From NCBI GenBank assembly GCA_963766715.1, contig CAVYBH010000008.1, positions 828,930 through 892,929 on the forward strand: 64,000 bases of DNA, in the 5' to 3' direction. Of the stretch, positions 31,178-42,499 are shown piece by piece (the first letter of the stretch is position 1; each line of letters begins with the position of its first letter). Under the pieces are notes generated by a model. That model ran no database searches. It had not been told where the DNA came from and saw only the letters and a list, made by a program, of their open reading frames with translations. The DNA is from an uncultured delta proteobacterium. Its GTDB lineage: Bacteria > Myxococcota > Myxococcia > Myxococcales > Anaeromyxobacteraceae. Made by a program: the position numbers and the translations under genes.

Positions 31178-33395
31178 TCACGCCGGAACGGGCTCCGTGG
31201 GCAGCTCCATCCGGAAGACCGAGCCCTTGTCGACCTCGCTCTCGACGGTGAGCGTTCCGCCGTGCGCGCCGACGATCGCGCTGCAGATGGAGAGCCCCAG
31301 GCCGGTGCCCTGACCGGGCGCGCGTGTCGTGAAGAACGGGTCGAAGATGCGCTGCAGGTTCTCCGGCTGGATGCCGACGCCGTTGTCGGAGACCTCCATC
31401 CGCGCTTGCCCTGGCGGGGAGCGACGCAGCCGCACCACGACCTCGCCCGCGCGCCCCTCCGGGATGGCGAGGCACGCGTTGCTCAGGAGGTTCACGACGA
31501 CCTGCTCGACCTGCCCCTCCGACGCCATCACGTCGGGGACGTCCTCCACCTGGAGCCGGATCCTGGCCCGGCCCGCGGTGGACTCGGGGAGCCACTGGAG
31601 GCTCTTCCGGATCGTCTCGGCCAGCCGGATCGGGTGACGTTGCCGGTCCGGCAGCCCGAAGATCGAGAGATCCCTCACGATGCGCGCGATGCGCTCGGCG
31701 CTCGACTTCACGTCGGCGAGCATCTCGCGCACCTCCCGGACGCCGTGGTGCAGGCACGTCCGGTCCACCTCGACCCCGCGAGCGAGCGCACCCTCCAGGG
31801 CATCCACGTCCTCGAGCACCGTCCCCGTGTTCGACATCAGGGCGGCGAGCGGGTTGTTCACCTCGTGTGCAACCCCGGCGACGAGCGTCCCCAGGGACGC
31901 CAGCCGGGAGGCCAGCGCGAGCTTCGCCTGGAGCGCCCGCGACTCGGTGACGTCCAAGAGGGTGACGAGGAGATCCTCGCCCACCGGGGTGCCGCCGATG
32001 GACATCGTCCGCACCGTTCCGTCCTTGCAAGCCACCCGGTATTCCCGGGGCTCGATCTCCTTGCCGGTGGCCGCCGCACTTCGGATCCCCTCGTCCCAGG
32101 TCCTCGAGACCCAGCCTCGGTAGGCGTCGTCGGGATAGGCCTTTCGAAGCCATACGTCGAGCGTCGGGACGTCCTCGAGCGTGTACCCGAGCACCTCGGT
32201 GAACCTGGGGTTGATGGTCAGGATCTCCCGGCGTGCGCTGTTGAACGCCAGGGGAATCGGCAGCGCGGAGACGAGCTGGCGGAAGTGCTCCTCGCTCCGG
32301 CGCAGGGCTTCCTCCGCCCTCTTCCGCACGCCGATGTCCTGCAGGATGGACACCAGGTAGTCGATGCCGCCATCGGCCTTTCGCGTGCAGCTGACGGAGA
32401 GCAGGGCCCAGAGGACGCTTCCGTCCTTGCGGATGTATCGCTTGTCGAGCGAGTAGCGATCGATCTCCCCAGCCCGGAGGCGGTCGAAGGCCGCGTTCGT
32501 GGCCGGGAGGTCGTCGGGATGGGTCAGCTGGAGCCAGGTCATCCCCTCCAGCTCCTCCCGGGAGTACCCGAGCATGGCGCAGATCGTCACGTTGACCCGG
32601 AGCCACTGCTTGTCCGGCCCCGTGACGGAGACGCCGACGGCGGGTGACTCGAAGTAGGCGCGAAGCTGGACCTCGCGCTCGCGGGCCTCCGCTTCCGCCC
32701 GCTTCCGCTCCGTGATGTCCTGGAGGAAGCAGACCATCATCCCCTGCTCGACGAGCCTCACCGCGGCGGACACGCGGACGGTGCCCCCGTCCTTCTTCCG
32801 GTGGCTGGTCTCGAACCGGTCGAAGCCCCTGGCCGCAATCCTCCGGATGCGCGCCGTCACCTCGTCGGCGCCCTCCTCGGCCTCCAGGTCGGAGATGCGC
32901 ATCCGGAGCAGCTCTTCCTTGGTGTAGCCGGTCATCGCGCAGTAGGCGGGGTTCACGTCGACGAGGTGGCCGGCCGGGTCCACCACCCAGAACCCGTCGA
33001 GCGCGGTGTCGAGGATCGTTCGCAGGTACTGCGCGTGCCGATGCTCGGCCTCGGCGCCCATCACCCGCGCGTCGACGTCCTGGCAGATCGCGATGAAGCA
33101 ATCGTCGGAGAGCTTGACCGCCCGGAGACGCGCCCAGAACCTCTGCGTTTCCCGCCCGCAGGAGCTGGTAGTTCCGCTCCAGGCGCCCGGTGGTCGCGAG
33201 CACCCGGAAGTCCTCCATCACCGATGCACGATCCTCGGCAGGATGGAGATCGCCGATGTTCATCGCCCGGAGCGTCTCGGCGTCGACTCCCACCATCTCC
33301 AGCGCGGCGGGATTCCAGTCGACGTAGCGGCCCTGGCCGTCGACCACGAACATCGCGTCCGGGGATGCCTCGAAGAAGGCCCGGTCCCGCGTCAT
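31178..33395 (-). CDS. multi-PAS histidine kinase (frameshift near 33100)
   Basis: Four PAS domains; [36 protein letters not shown]. Confidence 0.9.
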
Positions 33396-33557
33396 CGTCG
33401 GTGAAGCCTGGACTTGCCTTCCCACGCAGGGACACCTCGCGCGCCTGGAGCCGCGGAGTCCCCCACTCCGGTTGAGGCCGAAAAAGAGAAATTCTCATCA
33501 ACGGCGGGATTGATCAATCAGGGAGGCCGTCCAAAAGGGTCTGGGCGGGCGCCGGCG

Positions 33558-33845
33558 TCAACGTGACTTCGCGGAAGGGCGTGCCGCCCTTCGACCCGGC
33601 CGCGACCGCTGGAACGCCTCGCTGGCCGCCTGGAGGTCCGACGCCATCGTCTCCCGGGTCAGCTCGAAGCGCTCGAGCAGGGCGCGGACTCCCGATCGGA
33701 GCTCGCTGGCGTGCACCTTGCGCGCGTCCTCGGCTGCATCGGCTCGCTCGAGTCGCTCCGCCCTGAACCGGCCGAGCATCACCTTGATCCCGTTGCCGAG
33801 CGCCCCCATGGTCGCCGGGGTGAAGCTGGTGAGCTGGGGCCTCAT
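33558..33845 (-). CDS. short helical protein, putative GvpC-like
   Basis: Directly downstream of gvpA; two (M/L)LxRFxxxR units; homology not demonstrated. Confidence 0.5.
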   Translation of the reverse strand: MRPQLTSFTPATMGALGNGIKVMLGRFRAERLERADAAEDARKVHASELRSGVRALLERFELTRETMASDLQAASEAFQRSRPGRRAARPSAKSR

Positions 33846-33942
33846 GGCGGAACCCTCGTCCCTTCCTGGTTGGGCTGAAATGCGTCCGCTCCCTGGGCCG
33901 CTGCGAGCGAGCCCGGGGAGCGGAAACATCGGCGGGCTTCGA

Positions 33943-34164
33943 CTACGCGTTCGGAGCGGCGGCGGTGGCGGTCAGGCCGATCGCCTCGGCGTACTTGAGG
34001 TAGGTCTCGACGGACGCGATGACGACGCGGGCCTCGATCGAGAGCAGCTCGATGCCGACCAGGGAGACCTTGGCCCAGGCGTCGATCACGATGCCCTTGT
34101 CGAGGATCCGGTCCACCACTTCTGCGAGGCTCGACGAGTCGGTGGACTTCATGACCTTTGCCAT
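33943..34164 (-). CDS. gvpA: gas vesicle major structural protein GvpA (73 aa)
   Basis: [62 protein letters not shown]. Confidence 0.97.
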   Translation of the reverse strand: MAKVMKSTDSSSLAEVVDRILDKGIVIDAWAKVSLVGIELLSIEARVVIASVETYLKYAEAIGLTATAAAPNA

Positions 34165-34219
34165 ACAACCTCCAACCACATGTGGGAGTCGCTCGATTGC
34201 GATCTCTTCCTGGAGCAAG

Positions 34220-34235
34220 AGCATCGGCCGTGCCA
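34220..34235 (-). promoter_or_regulatory. putative sigma-54 (-24/-12) promoter of gvpA
   Basis: Minus strand TGGCACGGCCGATGCT with correct GG-N10-GC spacing, ~55 nt upstream of the ATG. Confidence 0.65.
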
Positions 34236-34463
34236 GGGGGTGGGTGGCTCCGCGCGGCGTGACGGGGGGCGAGTTTGCTCGTCTTTCGCGAGTGCCCGCG
34301 AGCGCAACCGCGGGAGCGCGTTCCCCCTGGGGGAGCCCATTCCCGCGATGCACGCGGAACGCGTTTCCCGTCGTTGCGTCGATGGACCTCTGAACGGGTC
34401 CTTGCGGCGCCGGGTGGCCAGGCAACACCATCGGGTGCGTCTACCCCATCGGGAGCCACCGTC

Positions 34464-35586
34464 ATGAACGTCCCCAATCGCCTTCGCTTCTGCGCCGCGT
34501 TCGCCGTCCTCGCCGCCCTTGCATGGGTCCATCCTTCCGAGGCGTGCACGTCGATGCTCGTCCGCGCGGCGGACGGAGGGTGCGTCTACGGTCGCACCCT
34601 GGAGTTCGGTCTCGACCTCCGGTCGCAGTTCATCCTCGTTCCGCGCGGGTACGCCGTCACCGCGACCGGCCCGGCCGGGGAGGTCGGCAAGGGCGGTCTC
34701 GCCTGGAAGACCCGGTACGCCGCCACCGGCATGAACGCCCTCGGCCTGCCCATCATCGTCGACGGGGTGAACGAGAAGGGGCTTTCCGGCGGGATGTTCA
34801 ACTTCCCGGGATATGCGCAGTACCCGGGCGTCCCCGCTGGCCAGGAAGGCCGGTCGGTGGCCTCCTTCGAGGTCGTGCTCTGGGCGCTCACCAGCTTCGC
34901 CACGGTGGACGAGATCCGGGCGGCGCTGCCGAAGGTGATCGTGTCCGGCGTGAAGCTCGCTGCGTTCGACGACTCCGTGCCGGCGATGCACTACTCCTTC
35001 CACGACGCCACCGGAAAGAGCCTCGCCGTCGAGTACGTGGACGGCGGCACGCTCCGGATCTACGACAACCCGGTCCACGTCTTCACGAATGCGCCCGCGT
35101 TCCCGTTTCACCTCGAGAACCTGGCCCAGTACCAGTACGTGACTGCCCGGATACTCCCGCCCATCCAGGCCGGGTCGGCGAGGCTCTCCGCCCCCAGCTC
35201 CGGAGACGGAATGTACGGCCTTCCCGGCGGCGGGCTCGCGACGGCCCGCTTCGTTCGCGCCTTCTTCGCCCAGCAGAGCGCGCCGCCGATGGCGACGTCC
35301 GCGGAGGCCGTCGGCATCACCTACCACCTGATGAACGGCTTCGACCTCCCGCCGGGCTCGTCCCAGATCTCCGCGACGGGTGGCGGGGAGAGCGGCGGCG
35401 TCACTGGCTGGGAGCGCACGGAATGGACCGCCGTGGCCGACATGAAGAACCTCCGGTACCACGTGAAGACGTTCGCCAATCCCGACGTCCGGGTGGTCGA
35501 TCTCCGGAAGGCCGAATCTCGACGCAAAGACCATCCGCTTCATCCCGCTCGACCAGCCACAGGGGGTCCGGGACCTCACGCCCTGA
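34464..35586 (+). CDS. exported Ntn linear amide C-N hydrolase (choloylglycine hydrolase/penicillin V acylase family), 3' frameshift
   Basis: Signal peptide then CTS...GRTLEF, DGVNEKGL, TNAP, GLPG...RF.RA; shifted tail ends TGA 35584-35586. Confidence 0.9.
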
Positions 35587-35623
35587 CGGGGGCGGGCCGC
35601 ACACGCCCGTCGAGCCGCGAGGG

Positions 35624-36119
35624 CTACGAGTCGCCGATGCTCGTCAACTGGCCCTGCAACGCGAGCCTGTCCAGCTTCTCCAGCGGAAGGCTCAGGAAGA
35701 GCTCGATGCGGCGGCGCAGCGCGGTGGCGGCCTCGCGGAACGCGCGTCGCTTGTCGTCGTCGCTCCCCTCCACCGCGGCCGGGTCGGGCACTCCCCAGTG
35801 CGCGGTCATGGGGTGACCAATCCACACGGGGCAGGTCTCGTTCGCGGCGTTGTCACAGACGGTGAAGATGAAGTCCATGGACGGCGCGCCCGGCTTCGAG
35901 AACTCGTCCCAGCTCTTGCTGCGAAATCCGTCCGCCGGCAGCCCGGCCCGGCGAAGCTCCTCGAGAGCGAAGGGGTTCACGACGCCCTTCGGATGGCTCC
36001 CGGCGGAGAAGGCCCGGAAGCGCCCCTTGCCGAGGTGGTTGCAGGATGCCCTCGGCGAGGACGCTCCGGGCCGTGTTGCCCGTGCAGAGGAAGAGGACGT
36101 CGTAGACGCGCTCGCTCAA
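35624..36119 (-). CDS. arsC: LMW-PTP-type arsenate reductase (frameshift near 36040)
   Basis: [12 protein letters not shown]...SAGS.P...[12 protein letters not shown]...HWGVPDP. Confidence 0.9.
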
Positions 36120-37237
36120 GCGGGCCTCCGGTCGGACGGAGGCGCCGGGAAGTCGCCCACGCAGTTCTTCACCCCTTCGATCCGGGCCTGCTCCAGCGGG
36201 AAGTACCTCTTGCGGAGCCACAGGGAGACGTTGACCAGTCCGATGAGCACCGGCACCTCGACGAGCGGGCCGATGACGGCCGCGAAGGCCGCGCCGCTCG
36301 ACATGCCGAAGGTGGCGACCGCCACGGCGATGGCGAGCTCGAAGTTGTTCGACGCCGCCGTGAAGGAGAGGGTGGCGGTCTGCCCGTAGCCCGCACCGAC
36401 CTTCCGGCTCATGAAGAAGGACGCGAAGAACATGAGCACGAAGTAGACGAGCAGCGGGATGGCGATCCGCACCACGTCGAGCGGCACCTGCACGATGGTC
36501 TCGCCCTTCAGCGAGAACATGAGCACGATGGTGAAGAGCAGCGCCACGAGCGTGATGGGGGAGATGCGCGGGATGAAGACGTTCCGGTACCAGTCCTCTC
36601 CCTTCCAGCGGCGCAAGAAGACCCAGCTCGCGAAGCCCGCCAGGAACGGGATGCCCAGGTAGATGAAGACGCTGGTGGCGATCTCCCCGATGGTGATGTG
36701 CACCTCGGCTCCGGAGAGCCCGAGCCAGCGCGGCACCACCGTGATGAAGACCCAGGCGTAGACCGAGAAGAAGAGCACCTGGAAGATGGAGTTGAAGGCC
36801 ACCAGCCCGGCCGCGTACTGCCGGTCGCCATCGGCGAGGTCGTTCCAGACGATGACCATGGCGATGCAGCGGGCCAGCCCGATGAGGATGAGCCCCACCA
36901 TGTACTCGGGCTTGTCGCGCAGGAAGATCACCGCGAGCGCGAACATGAGGATCGGCCCGACGATCCAGTTCTGCACGAGCGAGAGGGCGAGCACCTTCCC
37001 GTTCTTGAAGACCAGCGGCAGCTCGTCGTAGCGGACCTTGGCGAGCGGCGGGTACATCATGAGGACGAGGCCGATGGCGATGGGGATGGAGGTGGTCCCC
37101 ACGCTCATCCGGCCCAGCGCCGGCACGACGCCCGGGACGAGGTAGCCGAGCGCCACCCCCGCGCCCATGGCGAGGAAGATCCAGAGCGTCAGGTAGCGGT
37201 CGAGGAAGGAGAGGCGGCGGGCGACGGAGGCGGCCAT
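36116..37237 (-). CDS. acr3: Acr3 arsenite efflux transporter
   Basis: [48 protein letters not shown]. Confidence 0.96.
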   Translation of the reverse strand: MAASVARRLSFLDRYLTLWIFLAMGAGVALGYLVPGVVPALGRMSVGTTSIPIAIGLVLMMYPPLAKVRYDELPLVFKNGKVLALSLVQNWIVGPILMFALAVIFLRDKPEYMVGLILIGLARCIAMVIVWNDLADGDRQYAAGLVAFNSIFQVLFFSVYAWVFITVVPRWLGLSGAEVHITIGEIATSVFIYLGIPFLAGFASWVFLRRWKGEDWYRNVFIPRISPITLVALLFTIVLMFSLKGETIVQVPLDVVRIAIPLLVYFVLMFFASFFMSRKVGAGYGQTATLSFTAASNNFELAIAVAVATFGMSSGAAFAAVIGPLVEVPVLIGLVNVSLWLRKRYFPLEQARIEGVKNCVGDFPAPPSDRRPA

Positions 37238-37239
37238 GG

Positions 37240-37590
37240 CTAGAGGCTCCCCACGAGGGCCTTGAGGCGGCGCATGGCGCGAGGCTCGACGCAGTAGCAG
37301 ACCCGGGGGCCGTCGATGTCGCCCCGGATGAGACCCGCCTCCTTCAGCACCTTGAGGTGCTGCGAGACGGTCGACTGGGCGAGCGGAAGCTCGTCCACGA
37401 TGTCGCCGCAGATGCAGGCTTCGCGGCGGACGAGCAACCGCATGATCTGGACCCGGGCCGGGTGACCCAGGGCCTTGGTCAGGGTCGCGAGCTCCTCGTC
37501 TGCCTCGGCGCCCTCCACGGGCCGCACGTCGGGGAGGTCGCGGCGGGCGTCGGCAGGGGCCGGATCGATGCTCTTCAGGGGCGTGGCCAT
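37240..37590 (-). CDS. arsR: ArsR/SmtB-family repressor
   Basis: [10 protein letters not shown]...CICGDI...[17 protein letters not shown]...CYC. Confidence 0.93.
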   Translation of the reverse strand: MATPLKSIDPAPADARRDLPDVRPVEGAEADEELATLTKALGHPARVQIMRLLVRREACICGDIVDELPLAQSTVSQHLKVLKEAGLIRGDIDGPRVCYCVEPRAMRRLKALVGSL

Positions 37591-37689
37591 GTTCGAATTC
37601 TTACGATGGCGTGGCCGTCCGCGCAATCCGGCATGTTGGTGTTCACGGGACCTTCACCATGGAGGGTGCGGCAAGGCGACGCACGCGAT

Positions 37690-37727
37690 TCGATTTACCG
37701 CTCATCGCCATCGTGCGATAAACGATC
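37690..37727. promoter_or_regulatory. putative ArsR operator (imperfect inverted repeat)
   Basis: TTTACCGC...GCGATAAA in the divergent intergenic region of the ars cluster. Confidence 0.45.
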
Positions 37728-37752
37728 ATTCCATGAAGAGGGTCCGAGAATC

Positions 37753-38157
37753 ATGAGCAAGGCATCCAGGGTCGTGGTGTTCGCGTTGGTGATGATCGGG
37801 CTCACGGTGCTCGTGGGTTCCGACGTCACCCGGGCCGACGGCGCGGCGGGAGCCTCGCCGAAGCGGGTCGCCGCGCGGAAGATTCCCCGGCTGGTGGACC
37901 TGGGCGCCGGCAAGTGCATCCCGTGCAAGGCGATGGCGCCCATCCTGGAGGGGCTGAAGGCCGAGTACGCCGGCCGGATGGACGTCCAGTTCATCGACGT
38001 CTGGAAGGACCCCGACGCGGGGAAGGCCTACGGGATCCACATCATCCCCACGCAGATCTTCTACGGACCGGACGGCAAGGAGCTGGCCCGCCACCAGGGG
38101 TTCATGGACAAGGACGCGATCCTCGCCCAGTGGAAGGCCCTCGGAGTGGCCCTGTAG
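37753..38157 (+). CDS. exported thioredoxin-family protein
   Basis: DLGAGKCIPCK...IPTQIF. Confidence 0.9.
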   Translation: MSKASRVVVFALVMIGLTVLVGSDVTRADGAAGASPKRVAARKIPRLVDLGAGKCIPCKAMAPILEGLKAEYAGRMDVQFIDVWKDPDAGKAYGIHIIPTQIFYGPDGKELARHQGFMDKDAILAQWKALGVAL

Positions 38158-38167
38158 CGGGCGAGCG

Positions 38168-38869
38168 ATGGGCCAGATCCTCACCGCATTCGGGAACGCG
38201 TTCGCGGCGTCGGCGGCGCTCGCCCTCCCGGCCGCGTTCCTGTGGGGCGTGCTCTCGGTGGTGCTGAGCCCCTGCCACCTGTCGAGCATTCCCCTCGTGG
38301 TCGCCTACATGAACGGTGGCGCCGAGTTCCCCACCGGCCGCAGGGCACTGCTCATCTCCACGAGCTTCGCCACCGGGATACTGGGGAGCATCGCGGTCAT
38401 CGGCGTCATCACCGCTGCGGCCGGCAGGATGGCGGGCGACGTCGGCCGCTGGGGAACGTTCGGGCTGGCGGCCGTGTTCTTCGCCGTCGGGCTCAACCTG
38501 CTCGGGGTCCTGCCGTTGCCGACCTGGTCCACCCCGACTCCTGGAACGAAGCGCCGCGGACCCTGGGGCGCTCTGGTGCTCGGGCTCCTCTTCGGCGCGG
38601 CGCTCGGCCCGTGCACCTTCGCCTTCATGGCGCCGCTGCTCGGCCTCGCCTTCCGTTCGGGCGCGGAGGCAGCCGCCTACGGTGCGCTCCTGGTGGCCGT
38701 CTACGGGCTGGGGCACGGGGCAGCCATCGTCGCGGCCGGGGTCTCGGCCGGGAGCGTCCAGCGATGGCTTGCCTGGAAGAACGGCGAACGGGCTGCCCGG
38801 CTGCTGCGTGGCGCGGCCGGCCTCGCCGTCATCGCGGGCGGCATCTACTTTCTCTACACGGCGGTCTGA
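38168..38869 (+). CDS. CcdA/DsbD-type transmembrane disulfide transporter
   Basis: LSPCHL...GPCT motifs, multiple TM. Confidence 0.9.
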   Translation: MGQILTAFGNAFAASAALALPAAFLWGVLSVVLSPCHLSSIPLVVAYMNGGAEFPTGRRALLISTSFATGILGSIAVIGVITAAAGRMAGDVGRWGTFGLAAVFFAVGLNLLGVLPLPTWSTPTPGTKRRGPWGALVLGLLFGAALGPCTFAFMAPLLGLAFRSGAEAAAYGALLVAVYGLGHGAAIVAAGVSAGSVQRWLAWKNGERAARLLRGAAGLAVIAGGIYFLYTAV

Positions 38870-38871
38870 CC

Positions 38872-39980
38872 ATGAGCCTTCCCGCATCAGCACCTCCGAA
38901 CCTGCTCCGACGTGCTGCGCGAGCCCCGCCGGCGCCGCCCCGGCCGCGAATCCGCCGCATCCGGGTACGGGGCGGACGGCGCTGCTCCTCCTGCTCGGCT
39001 TGGGCGCGTGGGTCGCCGCCTACGCGGCCGTGCTGCCCCTCTCGGAGTGGCTCACCTTCCGGGCCTTCGGCCTGTCGCCCACGTCTCACCTGGGGCAGAG
39101 CATCGCCTTCTTCCTGTACGACACGCCCAAGGTCCTGCTGCTGCTCGTCCTCATCGTCTTCGTGGTCGGGATCATCCGGTCGTTCTTCACCGCCGAGCGC
39201 ACCCGCGCCATCCTGGCGGGCAGGCGGGAGTCGGTCGGGAACGTCCTCGCCGCCCTCCTGGGCGTGGTCACGCCGTTCTGCTCCTGCTCCGCCGTGCCGC
39301 TCTTCATTGGATTTGTCGAGGTCGGCGTCCCGCTCGGCGTGACGCTCTCCTTCCTCATCTCGGCGCCCATGGTGAACGAGATCGCGCTCGTGCTGCTGTT
39401 CGGCCTCTTCGGATGGAAGGTGGCGGCCCTCTACCTCGTCACCGGGCTCACCATCGCCATCGTCGCCGGCTTCATCCTCGGCCGCATGAAGCTGGAGCGG
39501 TTCGTGGAGAGCTGGGTCTACGAGTCGATGAAGGCCGAGGCCACGTTCGAGAAGGAAAGGCTCGGCTTCGCGGGCCGCGTCGAGAAGGGCGTGGAGGCGG
39601 TGAAGGAGATCGTGGGCAAGGTGTGGCCCTGGGTCATCGCCGGGATCGCCGTGGGCGCGGGCATCCACGGGTACGTCCCGGAGGGGCTGCTCGCCAGCTT
39701 CATGGGCAAGTCGGCCTGGTGGTCGGTGCCGGCGGCGGTCCTCATCGGCGTCCCGATGTACTCGAACGCCGCGGGCATCATCCCGGTCGTCGAGGCGCTG
39801 CTGGGCAAGGGAGCTGCGCTCGGAACCGTGCTGGCCTTCATGATGGCGGTGATTGGCCTGTCCTTGCCGGAGATCATCATTCTGCGGAAGGTGCTCCGTC
39901 CGCCGCTCATCGCCGCGTTCGTGGGCGTCGTCGCGACGGGCATCTTGCTCGTCGGCTGGCTGTTCAACGCGGTGATCTAG
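38872..39980 (+). CDS. arsP: ArsP-family (DUF318) permease; frameshift just after the start
   Basis: TPFCSCS.VPLF, FLISAPMVNE, GVPMY, LSLPE. Confidence 0.88.
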
Positions 39981-39994
39981 AAAGGGCGCGGGCG

Positions 39995-40228
39995 ATGAAG
40001 ATCCAGGTGCTCGGAACCGGCTGCGCCAAGTGCAAGCAACTCACCGCCAACGCGGAGAGGGCCGTCGCGGAGCTCGGCCTCGAGGTCGCAGTCGAGAAGG
40101 TGGAGGACATCCGCGAGATCATGAAGTTCAGCGTGATGAGCACGCCGGCGCTGGTGGTGGACGGAAAGGTGAAGGCAGCGGGCAAGGTCCTGTCGCCGGA
40201 GGCAGTGAAGGAGTTGCTTCGAGGGTAG
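39995..40228 (+). CDS. small redox-active disulfide protein (MTH895-like thioredoxin)
   Basis: MKIQVLGTGCAKC...VMSTPALVVDG. Confidence 0.93.
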   Translation: MKIQVLGTGCAKCKQLTANAERAVAELGLEVAVEKVEDIREIMKFSVMSTPALVVDGKVKAAGKVLSPEAVKELLRG

Positions 40229-40241
40229 CGAGGAGGGCGTC

Positions 40242-40556
40242 ATGAGTTCACGAGGAGTAGTGGGGAGCACGCTTCATGCCCTGAGGTTTCTCTTCGTCGG
40301 GCCTCTCATCCTGGTGCTGCTCTTCTTCATCAACCTGTTCACGTCCCCTGGTCACTGGTGGGTCCAGTGGGCCGCCCTGGGCATCGGCATCGCCTGGTTC
40401 ATCAGCCTCTTCCGCGTGACGACGGCCGCTCTCGTCGTGGGTGGACTGGCTGCGCTCTGGTCGATGTACATGAGGAACAGGGGACCCGGTGCACCGACGG
40501 GCCAGGGCGCGAGCCCGCAAGGAGCCCGGCCGGAATCGACGAGGCCTCCCACGTAG
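40242..40556 (+). CDS. small membrane protein (2TM-like)
   Basis: GAGGAGG RBS; INLFTSPGHWWV.W..LG.GI. Confidence 0.7.
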   Translation: MSSRGVVGSTLHALRFLFVGPLILVLLFFINLFTSPGHWWVQWAALGIGIAWFISLFRVTTAALVVGGLAALWSMYMRNRGPGAPTGQGASPQGARPESTRPPT

Positions 40557-40766
40557 CTCGGGCGAAGCAGGGGGCCCGCCGTGGGCTGCATTCGCCGAGT
40601 TCGGGTAGGACGGTCTGCGGGGCTGAAGGAAGCGCTCCCACCCACTCCTCCATCCCGCTTGACCGGGGCCTAGCGAAAGCCCGGCGATGCGCTGCTTTCG
40701 TGGGGCTTTTTCACGATTCGTGGACCTGTACACTCGGGCGGCGTCGCGACGACGGAGGGGGCAAGG

Positions 40767-41006
40767 ATGGAAGCGCAAGCAGGCTGGCTGGGAACCGTGT
40801 GGAGTCTGCGCACTGGCCGAACTCTCATCGGCAAGGTCACGTCCATGAACGGCGACTTCGCCACGCTCGACGTCGTCGGGCTGGCGAGCCCGCCGCCTTG
40901 CGGCATCGACGTGCTTCCCCTGGGTGACGATGGCGTTCCGCGAGTGCTGGTGGACCTTCAGAGCCTGGTCGACCGATGGAAGCGCATGGGGCCGGCGGGC
41001 GGGTAG
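40767..41006 (+). CDS. hypothetical protein
   Basis: ORF with GGAGG-like RBS. Confidence 0.4.
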   Translation: MEAQAGWLGTVWSLRTGRTLIGKVTSMNGDFATLDVVGLASPPPCGIDVLPLGDDGVPRVLVDLQSLVDRWKRMGPAGG

Positions 41007-41413
41007 CGCGAACGCATTTCGCTGACACTCCGCCGCACCAGTTCTTCGAGCACCGCGACGTCCACCTCGGCGAGTCGCCTGACGTGCAGGCAGGCCTTCC
41101 CCTTCGAGTGCTTCCCCAAGCGACCGAGGAGTTCACCGTGCTTCGTGAACCCCGTCATCAGGTAGAAGGTCAGGTCCCTCGCGCGAGGCGAGAAGCCAGC
41201 GAGCATCCAATCGCTCTCCCGGCCCGAGGCGTACCGAAGGCGGTAGGACCCGAAGCCCACGATGCTCGAGCCCCACATCTCTGGGCGCTCGCCGGTGACA
41301 CTCTTCATCAAGGCCATGGCCGCGCGGGCGTCCTTGCGTCGCATCGGGTCGTCGATGCTTGCGAGGAACGCATGCACGCTGGCTCGCGTCCTCACCGTCT
41401 TTGGCTCAGGCAT
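40958..41413 (-). CDS. DUF1801 (YdhG-like) protein
   Basis: MWGSSIVGFG.Y...Y.SGR..DW...GFSPR...LGKH..GK.CL. Confidence 0.9.
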   Translation of the reverse strand: MPEPKTVRTRASVHAFLASIDDPMRRKDARAAMALMKSVTGERPEMWGSSIVGFGSYRLRYASGRESDWMLAGFSPRARDLTFYLMTGFTKHGELLGRLGKHSKGKACLHVRRLAEVDVAVLEELVRRSVSEMRSRYPPAGPMRFHRSTRL

Positions 41414-41563
41414 CTCGGCCACCCCACCACCAGCGAGTCATGAGCCGGAGATAGGTCGCTCCGCCGTGCCCTGCCGACAAATCTGCTCGCCATCACACGT
41501 CCACCTCGGCAACGGAACGTCGGCGTGATGCCGCTCCCTTGGACGATCTGGCAGCTCGACATT

Positions 41564-42499
41564 TCACTCCTCGACAGGCGCCGCCGGTAGCTCCACGCGG
41601 AACGTCGAGCCCTTGCCGACGGTGCTCTCCACGGTGAGCGTTCCACCGTGGGCCGTCACGATGGCGTGACTGATCGCCAGGCCAAGCCCCGTCCCGCGCC
41701 CCTCTCCGACCTGCCGCGTCGTGAAGAACGGCTCGAAGACCCGCCCGATGATGCCGGGATCGATGCCTACCCCGTGGTCGACGACCTCCAATCGCGCCAT
41801 CCCCGGGGCGCCAGGTCCGAATCCTGATCACGATCTTGCCGTACTTCCCCTGGGGCGTGGCCTTCGCGGCATTGGTGGCGAGGTTCACGACGACCTGCTC
41901 AATCTGTCCGGAGGAAGCCAGGATGTCCGGGGCGTCACGGTCCTCCACCAGGACGGATGCCACCGTGGAGATGGAGGCAGGCAGCCAGCGCATGGCATCG
42001 TTCACGACATTCGAGAGCCGAACTCGCGCCCTCCTCGGGTCGGGACGTGCGAACGTCGACAAATCCTTGACGATGCGCGCAATCCTCTGGCCGCCCTCCT
42101 GCGCGTCTTCCAGCGCCTCAATCACCTCGTCGAGGAGGTGCGGAAGAGGACGTAGGCGTACCGGGTGGCCCCTTCCGCATGGATCACGGTGCTCGTGACC
42201 TCGGCCTGGAACGTGCTGCCGTCCGGTCTGCGAAACGTCAGCTCTCCGGATGCGATTCCGGAGCGTTCCCGCTCCGCGAGCCCGCGCGTGAGCTCGGGAC
42301 TCGGAACGACCAGGCCGCTGCGCCCGGCGCGCAGGATCTCCTCCTCCGGTCGGCGGAGCGCCGCGCACGCCGCCGGGTTGGCGCGAAGGATCGGTCCGTC
42401 GGTCCTGGAAAGGAGGATGCAGTCCGAGGCATGGGTGAACAGTGCGTCGAATAGCTCGAGCAGGTCAGGGGATTCGCGCAGTGCCGTCATCGAGATCAA
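41564..42499 (-). pseudogene. PAS histidine kinase with internal deletion (H-box lost) and frameshifts
   Basis: PAS ending YAYVLFR joined out of frame at ~42140 to [15 protein letters not shown]...HATPase; no AHEINNPL. Confidence 0.8.

Noticed and set aside
33943..34431. 162-aa N-terminally extended GvpA
   Set aside because: RBS and ATG at 34164 give a canonical 73-aa protein; the extension covers the promoter
40670..40712. Terminator after the ars right arm (AAAGCCC...GGGCTTTTT)
   Set aside because: Long irregular loop and far from the stop codon; not convincing
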